Below are positions 53,978 to 64,000 of a stretch of DNA of 64,000 nucleotides, piece by piece. The first letter of the stretch is position 1. Each line of letters opens with the position of its first letter. The stretch covers positions 16,554,001-16,618,000 of the forward strand of contig OZ059894.1 in the NCBI GenBank assembly GCA_964057225.1. The letters run 5' to 3'. This stretch comes from Auanema rhodensis. Lineage: Eukaryota > Animalia > Nematoda. A model generated the notes under the pieces. That model saw nothing but the letters and a program-made list of their open reading frames with translations. It ran no database searches and was not told the DNA's origin. The position numbers and the translations under genes were made by a program.

Positions 53978-55953
53978 CTATTCAATTTCGAGAGCTTTCG
54001 CCTTCAAAACAGCTGGGGCTGAACTTGGGGGCAGAATTCGCATATCTGTGACGATAGCAGTTACAAGATCAGATGGAACGATCTCAACAGATTCCGTTCC
54101 CAAAAGTGCCATTCGTCCATACTGAACCTGCAAAGAAATGTGTTGAAGCGCGTTCGATGGTTAAATTAATTTACTTTATCAACAAATTTGAAAGATTGTG
54201 CAACTACCAGGACAGGTACGTTTCTATCTTTGGCTACAAGAGCTAATTGTAATGAACCTTTAGCAGCAACAACATTTCCATTGGACAAAACGGCTGTGCA
54301 TCCAAGAAGAACCAAGCTACACTGAAATATAAAGACATCCTATGAATGTTTCAAAACAATGGATATATACATTTTGCATTGCATAACCAACAGACTTCAG
54401 ATCTGTATATTGGCATCTCATTCCTTTAGCCAGTAATGGCTCAAAATGCTTCATTCCTGAAGAAAACATCATTTTTTTTAAAAAAAAAACTCAAAAACTT
54501 ACCATTTCCGTTCATTTCTTGATCCACAATACATATTATCTGGTTTTCTAAAGATGAGTTCAACAGTACGTGGTTGACAACAGGATTCCTGAAAACCCGT
54601 TCAGAAAGAATAAAAAAGAAATGAGAAATAGTACCAATCATATGTCAAAATCATTTTTGTGGAGGCCAACTTAGGATTCAAGTGATTAGTGATTGCAATA
54701 TAAGCATAACTGAAGTTATTCTCACGACACTCTTTAAGCCACAGTTGCAAATCAGCAAAGCTCTATAAAAAAAATGGAAAAAATATGATATATTTCTTAA
54801 AATTACCCTCGTACCGGTATGAATATCATCTTGTCCTATTTTAACTATTTCTTTTTTCAACTGCCGTACGATATTTCCCAAAGCTAATGGTGTAGGCCAC
54901 TTACCTACATCAAAAATCAACATTAAAAATTTGATAAAAAAGTTTTACCATTTTGAGTTAAATGGGCAAGTTGAGGTTTGATGTCATTATCCAAACCATG
55001 TCCTTGTTTATTCACTTTGTCCAAACTATCGCGAGATCGTTGAATAATCCAAGAATTAAGAAACTAAAAACTATTATAACAACATATAATATTGACCAAA
55101 ACTACACCTCTTCGAAAGCAGTTAAAAATTCCTCGCAAAGCTGGTCTAGTTCGGAAATAATTCCTTTTTCACATCGAACGGCGAGACTTAAAAAAGCAGG
55201 ATGAACTTTAGCAATTGAAGCTCCGTCTTCATAAGGCACTGATGAAGCTATTAAAGAAATAAACAAAGTTACATCATAATGCTAGAAAAAATTACCTGCA
55301 GCATTCTGTAAACTTGTAGCAAGATTTTCTTCAGATCCAATCTTCATACTCAAATCTGAAAAAAAAATTTTTTTTTGATATCACGAAACCAGCAACTCAC
55401 CAAACTTCACTTCTTTTGGATCTGATTTTTGACCAGTTTTGGACTTTATGGATGGTTTTTGAACACATTCTGGAGTTGGTGATTTTTCAGTTCTCCTCTA
55501 AAACAATTAAGATTATAAGAAAAAACAAAAAAAAAACAATTTACATCTTCTGCTTTCCCTTGTTGGCTGGATTTATTTTCCGAAGCTTTAACTTCAGGAT
55601 GACCTTGAGTTTGTCCTTGTTTGTCGGTAGTTGATTTTTGCACAGGAGATTGTCCCTGACCTTTCTTAGCTTCTGATTGTTGCTGTTGTCCCTCTGCTTG
55701 AGCCAATGCTTTCTTCTCCAAGGCAGCTTTCACTGCAAATATTTTTCATTACAGCTATTCTATGGGATAGGTTAACACTTCAAGCAAATTCCAAGAACAG
55801 TGAAAACCAAGAAAAATATTCAATTTTCTCACCTCTCGCTTGCTTTTCAGCGGCTTTATTTGCACGTTGGGCTCGTTTCTCCTCCTGATTCATTTCCTTC
55901 TGCTGAAAAGTTATAATATGAGAAATAAGCTTAAAAACATGAAATACATTCAT
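53978..55953 (-). CDS. eif-2Bdelta: Translation initiation factor eIF2B subunit delta
   Basis: MNQKEMNQEEKRAQRANKAAEKQAR charged N-terminus; KVHPAFLSLAVRCEKGII; WPTPLALGNIVRQLKKEI; SPVVNHVL; LVLLGCTAVLSNGNVVAAKGSLQLALVAKDRNVPVLVVAQSFKFVDKVQ; EIVPSDLVTAIVTDMRILPPSSAPAVLKAKALEIE* (stop 53978). Confidence 0.92.
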
Positions 55954-56943
55954 GTATTGTACTGCCTAAACAATGTCAATTGGTCCTACCACGAGGGTAT
56001 CCTATAATTAAATCTTAAATATATATATATATGCTTTGCATTATAAAATAATTAAACAAAAAAGCCAGATATAAGACATATAAGACTGGTAAAAAATAAT
56101 TAATTTCAATAAGGTAAGAGTAAAACAATTAGGGATTAGAAAAAAGGCAGGATTCTATAACAACAAAATAAAGAAACGTAATGATGCTCATTAATTCATT
56201 ACTGTTATCAAATTAAGAATGAAAACGCTCATATTCTATCCAATGGTTCCTAGTAATTTCTGGACATTCCAAGTATAGGGTAAATGTTAACAAATGAAAA
56301 ATCAGAATATATTTGAAATGTAGACCAGACGAAATGATATGCAAACTTTCAATAACTGGAAGGAACTCAACTCAATACAAACAGTTCTAGTTCATGCAAT
56401 GAAGACCAGGATATCCTAATACATTTACTAAGAAATTTTTTCACTCATAGAAAAACAAGAACAGAAAAAAATATCTTTAACACAAATAATTTTCCTTCAA
56501 ATTTCAATTTCTTTAAACTATATTTTTATCTTTGATGAACAAATTGAATTATATCCTTTACAAATTTTATAATTTATAATAAGAGAAAGGAACGTGACGC
56601 AAAATATGTTCAAAGCAAGAAGGAACTATGCGTACTTTGCAAAAAAGCCACGCCTATTTTTTTAATGCCGCTTGTATAGCAGCTGAATCAGAAACTAATA
56701 ACATATAGTTTATATAAGGTGATTAATATTAATTGAAATCATACCTTTCACTTCTGTTTATTAAAATACATGTTTTTATTCATTGAATACCTTGAATAGT
56801 TACATGACTGCTTTTAATTTTTTATTTTTTATTTTTTAGTTATATTGATTGCATATTTCCAATTTGGAAATGCTCTTTTGTTCCATGTAAATGTTATTGT
56901 TCTTTTTTAGCTCAATTAAATAATGAAATAATTTTTTATAGGT

Positions 56944-59859
56944 ATGTCATCATCATCTGAGTCTTCTGATTCCGAGGATGAAAAGAAGGTAAAAGGTTTT
57001 AAGGTTATTTTTTATTAATATAATTTTTCTAGGTGACCAGAAGCGATTCTTCCGATGACGATAACGATAATGATAATCTGAAAAATGAAAAGTCATCAGA
57101 ACAGCAATTTGACAGTGGTGGTATGTTTAAGATATGCTTGTTGTACGCGAACACGTGAAATTGAGTGTTCATTGATTTTTTTTTTGTTTTGCTTCATGGA
57201 CGATTGGCTATAAACTTAGATTTTTTCTCTCAATTTTAGACTCCGGCTCTGAATCTGACTCTGAATCAAGCGATTCCGACAATGATCAACCTTCAAGCAG
57301 TCGTAAGCGGCCAGCGCTCCAGAAGAAAACTCCTGTTAAACGGAGAAGACGTGACGAAAGCGAAGAAGTAGGCTAAACAAAACTTATTTTATGATTATGT
57401 TTTTATTTTAGGATAAAAATAGAGAATTGTTCGATAACGAAGAGGATTACACCAGCTGGAGGAATATGTCAGAAAAGGATCGCGAACAGAAAATATTTGA
57501 GTTAATGGAACAGAAGGAAATTAATAAGAAAAGGTATAAATTTTTAAAGTGCTTGTTTTCACTTTATTCTTTTTAGGGAGCAGATTACTCAAAAATTGAA
57601 AGCACAAAACAGTGATCAAGTAGACACAGAACAAGGAAAAAGGTCAAAACGGGAAGATAAACGTAAAAAGACTGGAAGCGATAGTAGTGAAGATGGTATA
57701 AAATCTTATATTTGACTGATTATGCTGTAATTTGCTTACAGATGAACCTCGCCAAGGAACAAAAGGTTCGGAAGATTCTGATATAGATGCAGATTTCCAT
57801 CGTCCTAGTGAAATGGATCGAAGGAGAAAGCACAAAAGTGCAATGGCTGATTTACTTCAAAAACGACGCGAAAAAGAGAAAAAAAAAGGAAGTAAGTATC
57901 CAAATTTGGTTTATACTTACAGTTTCTTTACTAGCTGCCCTCTCATATGATGCAGTATTTGGTAAAGAAAAGGATGAAGGAAGTGATTCCTCTTCCTCTT
58001 CTTCAGAATCTTCAACCAACTCTTCTAGATCATCATCTTCTTCACGGTAATGATAATCTATGCCGTATAGTACTTTGAAAATAAGTTTTAGTAATTCTTC
58101 ACCTGTTCGAAAACCCAGTGATGATGAGCGTGATTCCGCGGCTAAGAAACCGGTAATTTAACACATTTTAAATTTATCTTTAAAATTTTCTGATTAGATT
58201 GAAAGCAAGGATGAGCTTGTTCGAGCAAGAATGTCTCGTTTCAAACTTTCTAAGATTGTACATGCTCCATTTTTTGGTGATGTGGTTAAAGGATCATTTG
58301 TGCGCATTCAGACAGGTCCTATACCCGGTAGTAAGAGCAGATATAGAGTATGTGCTTTGAATACCTTCCAGAACACAGTTTATTTCAAATAGATTGCTAA
58401 AGTGTTAGATGTTGTTCAAACGGCAAAGATTTACTCGTTAGAGGGCACAAAAACAAACAAAGGATTAAAATTGAAATGGGGTATGCTATTTTATCCGTTT
58501 TTTATAGTTTATGTCTTGTTTAAGGTAAGCATGAGCGTGTTTATCGCTTAGAGTTCGTTTCGAATACCGAATTTCCCGATGATGAATATCATGAATGGAA
58601 AGAAGTGACTCAACAGGAGGTAGTAATGACAAGATTCTGTGTAATGATTTATAATATTTAAGGATTCTATGCCATCCGTTGAACATGTCCAAAAGAAACA
58701 AAAAGAAATTAATAAGGCTATGAATCATAATTTCACTAGCGAAGAAATTGATTTTGTAAGAGAGAATTTAATAGTTTATTTTTTTATTTACGAGTTGTTT
58801 CTAGATTTTAAAAGAAAAGGGACGATTTACAAGAACTCCACGAAATTATGCTATGTCTAAAGGAGAGTTGATGAAGAAAAAGGTATGAGGTGGCATAAAC
58901 TGTAATATTCTTCTTCTTTGTATAGGAATATGCTGAGCAATGTGGAGATATTAAAGAAGCACAAAAACTACAAAGAGAGATTGAAGAGTTAGATTCTAAA
59001 GCTGAACAACTAGTGAGATATATGACTCAATTTTTCTTTCAATTTGTTTACTTCACAGGATAAAGCTCGGTCGGCAGATATATCTGCTATCACTTGGATA
59101 AATCAACGCAATAGAAATAAAATGAAGCAAGCTTTCTTGGGAGACCAAGTTCATGTAAGCTCCTAATAGTTTGAGTTATTTATGAAATCTTATTTAGATT
59201 GATATGACTGCTGGAGATGATCCCTTTACCAGAAAAAAAGATCGAATGAAAGTTGTGTCATCACGCAAAGATAAACCTGGCGTCGTATCTAAAGAAGAAG
59301 ATGATGATAATGGTAAATTACCTCTCAATTACTTCTTATCTATTTTTTTTCAGAAGCTGACCCTGCCCCAAAGGTGGATGATCCAACAAAACAGAACAAA
59401 GCTAGTACTTCGGCAACATCTTCTGGTGCCCCACGAGCTTCCTTTATGCCTTCATTTGGAGGCCCTCGTAAGTAGCGAACAGCCAATATCTATAATCAAG
59501 ATTATATTTCCAGGTACTAGTAAAAGTGCGAATGACCTGTTTAATTTACATAGACAAATCAATCAGATTGAATTAGATATAGATCTAGGTATTAATTTTC
59601 CGCTCATTTGTTTAATAGGATCTTTCTTCAGATAAACTAACCACAGTGCGGGAACCGATTCCTGGTCGATTAGATGATTTTGATTCTAGTGTTATGAGGG
59701 CACCAGCAGCTCCTCAGTCTGACAACCGGCGGTTGTAATTAGTCTAAATATATGTTTGTAATACGTACTTTTAGAATGGTTTCCTTGGATGATTACCGAA
59801 AGAGAATGGCTACAAAAACAGCCGGAAGCTCGCAGAGTGGACCGTCCAAATATACTTAA
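56944..59859 (+). CDS. rtfo-1: RTF1, PAF1-complex-associated elongation factor (Plus3 domain)
   Basis: Acidic/Ser-rich N-terminus; EEDYTSWRNMSEKDREQKIFE (HMD-like); Plus3 domain ARMSRFKLSKIVHAPFFGDVVKGSFVRI...[29 protein letters not shown]...HERVYRLEFVSNTEF; RNYAMSK; ISAITWINQRNR; DPFTRK; DLFNLH; SLDDYRKR; stop 59857-59859. Confidence 0.94.
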
Positions 59860-60723
59860 CTATTATATGATATAATATAGCGAGAAAATAATACGTATCA
59901 CGTTGATAAATCTTGCTTAATAAGCTAGTATAATATACTTGCTCTGAAAGTTTGTTTGATGAAGCATTTCATCTAGAAATATTTTGTATTATAATCTGAG
60001 CAATGGTTCAGCAGGATTCTTTCATATTTCCCCATCTTCTTACCACTTGAGCTAATTCATTCGTCCAAATAATTTAAAATTTAGTTCGCTTTAGCTATTA
60101 TGTGGCCCGTGATCATCACTAATACGAGGTTGTCTAATCGGATACTTTTTTTCCGGAGTACTACTATTTCTTCCAATTCCTGAACTATTCATATAGTAAA
60201 GTGCTGTTTTTCATGATAGTAGACTTAATATACCTATTTTCAAATTTTGACACTCCCACTGCCCTCCAATTAACTCTGGCCAAGTTGTTAAATTACTCTT
60301 GGGAAGCAAGTTTCATGTTTACTGTTCACGAATCTCTATTTTTCTAAAAATTGTATTATATTATTATATTCTCCCCTTTTTATTTGTTGTCTATTATCCA
60401 TTTTATTTTCGTTTCACAGGTCATCTTCTTTCAAAAATTTCTCCAGTAAGTCTTCTTGGTGTAGCCTTTTTGTATTATTTCAGAACTATTAGGTTTTAAT
60501 AAATTTTTCCCCATAAAGAGCAGCTTATTAAATATCAGATTAGAAAAACAACAACAGACAAGGTCAATAATTCGTTTTTTTATTTTTTTCAATCTTTAAG
60601 AAGTTAATAATATACAGTTTGGCAATAAGTGAAATCTTCAAAAATTTGTCTATCAAAAACATTTGTGTTTGTTAGGATTAACTAGCAGTGTTGTTAATCT
60701 AACAACAAATAGTTAACTTTCAT

Positions 60724-61467
60724 TTAGGCTTGGCTTGCTCCACTGTTGATAACTCTAGAGCTTGGTTCGTTCTCTCCTCTCCAGGCCTTCAACTTCAAGA
60801 CAGTTTCAATGGCAAAGAGAACAGTGAGAGCAACACAGATGATCTGAAATTAAAATATTTTGATGTTTGAAGTGGAAGATGTGTACTAACAGCGCTCATG
60901 ATTGCGGCTCCTCTTCCGTCGGTTCCCCAACTGGCTGAGAGATGAACCATCAACCAGATCGAGATAAAGTAGAACATAGTATTAACTCCGTAAAAGAGAA
61001 GTTCCTGGAAGAATTAAGAAATTTAAAAAAATAAAGATTTGAAGAAAACTCACGACTACAATAAGCCCTTCTCTTGTTGGTTCATCTTTAATTGTAAGGT
61101 GAGGGAAGCATACATAAGCAAGGAGGAATCCGCAAACAACAATCATGGTTTCAAAAGCAATGTGCTCAGTCCAAGCAGCGGTTGTTGTTCTTCTATCAGC
61201 ACAGATAGAAAGAACGAAAGCAACGAAGGAAAGAACCTATGAACATAATTTAAATCCTATAAAAATAATTCAAATTACGATTTCAGCAATCTTTAGAACA
61301 CCAGCAATGGTTCCCATGAACCCAGTGTTCAGTTGTCCCTGTCTATTGTTGGGGATGATCTGAATTTTGCTGGTCATATGGAATTGCAGCTTCTTCTTTT
61401 CCTTCTCTGGTTGGCTAAAAGAAGTATTATAAGTTGAACAAATGAAATTTAAAGTTTACCTGGACAT
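60724..61467 (-). CDS. MARVEL-domain four-transmembrane protein
   Basis: Five exons: MSSQPEKEKKK...LNTGFMGTIAGVLKIAEIVLSFVAFVLSIC (MARVEL TM1 pattern F..T..G.LKI.E)...ELLFYGVNTMFYFISIWLMV...GAAIMSAIICVALTVLFAIETVLKLKAW...GASQA* (stop 60724). Confidence 0.85.
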
Positions 61468-63290
61468 GGCTGGTTTTTCAATTTGAGATTCTTTAATCTC
61501 GTTGGCAACTGGTCCCAAGTCTACTGTGGTTTGACAAGTATCTTCTTCGGATCTGAGCATCTGAATGCGGAGAGTAGAAAAGAAAGAAGGAAGACTAGGA
61601 AAGCGGTTATGGGGCTGCATAAATATAATAAAATAAGTGAATTAACAACTAATAGTATAAATAGGTCTGTGGATCACATCAGTTAACCAAGGTGGCACAA
61701 AAATAAAGATTGAGATCTCAAGTTATTAGGCGAGAAAGGAAATATGAATCTATGTGACCTAGTGAAAAATTTCAGTTGTATAATATATATTTATTGAAAA
61801 CAAAAAAAAAGAAAAATAAGCTTATGGACGTGGTCGGACTGGCTTTGAATGTTAGAAATGATCTGCCGTTCTTTGCTTACTGACAAGACGACAATATATT
61901 TCTAGTTAACAGGGCAGAAAGGAGGACGGAAGAAGCAAAAGAAAAATCTTTGTAAGTGTTGCTCCACTTTCAGAAGTGATTGATCAGATAATTTTCGAAC
62001 AACATAAACATATAAAAAAGAATTGAGTGAATAGCAACTGTGAAAATGAAGAACTGATTTTCATGTCAAGACAACAACTTTTTGACAGAATGGTTATAAG
62101 AAACTTGCGAGACTATAAGGAGAGAGGCCTGGATGTTGATATGGCTTGTCCTTGAACTCGATTAGAAATCGATCTCTCGTCTCTTAGTAGTTTCTCAGGT
62201 ATTCGGGGATAATATCTGCGGACATGATCAACAGTAGTGATAGTATGTTGACACTAGTTCGCTTCTTCTCTCTCATAAGAAGTGTCGTTCTAAGATAACC
62301 GTTAGGAGCTTGATGTAGCAAAATAAAAAAGAGAGAAGAGATGAAAAAAGTTGAGATATCATGAAAAACTCAAAACTATTTTTAACAAAAAGGAAACAAA
62401 AAAATCGTCAGTTATATGAATATGAAAAATGTATTGTTTTAAAAATGGTTGAAAGACGAAAAGTCGGGACTAAGTTGTTGAGATGAATAAAAAAGTGTGG
62501 TAGTTATCAAGGGCAGGTTATATTAATCCGTTGGTTTGAAAAAATCCGGTTGCAGCCTACCCTTCAATAGTTCTCTACATAAAATACAAAATAAATGTCG
62601 AAAATATAATAATGCCATAGTTGTATAAGGAGGTTAAGCATTAAGTTGGAAATGCGGGCAAGATTTTCCAGCTTTCACGGCCGTTTAGGCTTTCTTATAA
62701 TCTTCTGATTATAATAGCAGAAGTATAGAAAATAATCTTACCAAATTGCTTCAGAGTCCGTAGTCAGTCAAGCAACGCCTGGCGAAACAATTGATGAGCT
62801 AATAGGTCTGTCTGCCTGTTACCCCTTTTTTTAGATGGCAAGAAGAACCGGTGTTAGAAGAACCACAATGTTACACTGATAGGCCTACTGATGAAACTAG
62901 GCGCAGTTTGAACATTACTGCATTGCAACTCGCTTAGACAATTAGCAAGATAGTTATCTACCGGTTATAATAAAACAAAAGTAATTGTTTAAATACAATT
63001 TTTTGAAATTTAAAATTGTGGGTTAAGGAGTTGCATGATTGATGTATTGACTATAGGGGGACAAATCTGAGAAATAGTTGAAGTTTTTGCAGTCTTTGTT
63101 TAAGAAAAAACATTAACTAAGAGTGGTGATAATGAGTAGGAGTTGAAGAAGAGAAAGGAGAAAGAAAAAACGAGGAAAACGAACAGAAGATGGATAAAAA
63201 GAGAAAGAGGAAGATGAACAACGAACATGATTGCAAATCAAGTATAGAAATTTTAAAATGAAGTCGCTCAAATACACAGCCATACCTGGG

Positions 63291-64000
63291 TCATGACCGG
63301 TGTTGATTGAACAATGTTTTGTTATGTCCATCACTCATAGCTCGTATTATGATTGACTATAATAGGCAATGGAGGTCAGCTGAGAAACATAGAGAGGTAT
63401 GGAGGATAATATTTAATTGCATACTAACATTGTAATTTGATTTGATTTATAAGTTACTATACACAGACTTACCAGTTTTGTTTCAGTCGATCCATCAGGA
63501 TTGCTTATTGTTACTGTCTCGGCTCCTTTCATTGGTATTCGCTTCTTAACACGAGCTACTTGACCTAGAGCAATTTATTGAGAAATTTCATTGAAAAAAA
63601 TTATATAGAAATATATTTATTTAGAAATACTTTAACGGCGTGTTAGTGAAAGAAAGGAAATGATAAGAATTTGACTCTTCTGAAGTTGCGATTAGCGACA
63701 GTCAGAGAGCTGAAGCATGAAACGTTTTACAATGAGCAAGCGCGAACATTGATAGAAAGCTTCTTCCCTCTTCTTCCTTTCTCTTTCTATCTCGCTGTCT
63801 CTTCTTCTTCTTAGAGTATTCATCTACTTCTCTTTTCGAAGAAATGCTTAAACAAACACATAAAAGAACGCAAGTCGGTTGTTCAATAAGTTTTCTTGTA
63901 GTTTTCATTAATCCGATCACAATGGTCGAAAACGCAGTGCAACTCTCGAAACTTGTATTAACTTACATATCGAGACAATACGCAAAACAATCAATCAGGT
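63291..64000 (-). CDS. Probable 3' end of an unidentified gene running off the window
   Basis: Exon ~63564-63473 with good splice sites (CTCTAG| ... |GTAAGT) reads QVARVKKRIPMKGAETVTISNPDGSTETKL; the next exon after TTTCTCAG reads LTSIAYYSQSIIRAMSDGHNKTLFNQHRS*; a GTAAGT donor near 63966 follows LIDCFAYCLD. The intermediate exon structure is uncertain. Confidence 0.5.

Noticed and set aside
60723-60740. TTAGGC nematode telomere hexamers (also 53785 and 62686)
   Set aside because: Isolated single copies, one within a CDS end; no telomeric array or breakpoint signature.

Overview
AT-rich (by eye roughly 28-30% GC) eukaryotic DNA from a rhabditid (clade V-like) nematode: multi-exon genes with mostly 40-55 nt introns, TTTCAG/TTTTAG acceptors, and tRNAs that match my recollection of C. 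elegans tRNAs. Hand-spliced genes in order: swan-1-like (3' part) and swan-2-like WD40 (DCAF7/AN11) paralogues in tandem; npp-19/Nup35; a trypsin-family protease (try-3-like); tRNA-Asn; a two-pore K+ channel with two C-terminal fibronectin-III domains; soc-1/Gab adaptor with an intronic tRNA-Pro; cpn-4 calponin; a DGAT2/MOGAT acyltransferase; a Ly6/HOT (odr-2-family) GPI protein; a small Ser-rich orphan gene alone in a ~14 kb gene-poor tract; dhs-13/DHRS4; a C2H2 + MULE/WRKY-like zinc-domain protein; a CPG4-domain GPI protein; a ~420 bp MITE-like inverted repeat; eIF2B-delta head-to-head with rtfo-1/RTF1; a MARVEL-domain gene; and the probable 3' end of an unidentified gene. No prokaryotic-type system or CRISPR array is present. 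The best leads are possible stop-codon readthrough in the orphan gene, an over-represented TCACGTGAA motif including a 10-bp-period array, a 17-nt match to miR-87, a nested inverted-repeat island, a transposase-derived zinc-finger gene, and a MITE arm that may supply a poly(A) signal. Gene names come from remembered sequence similarity; no database search was run.
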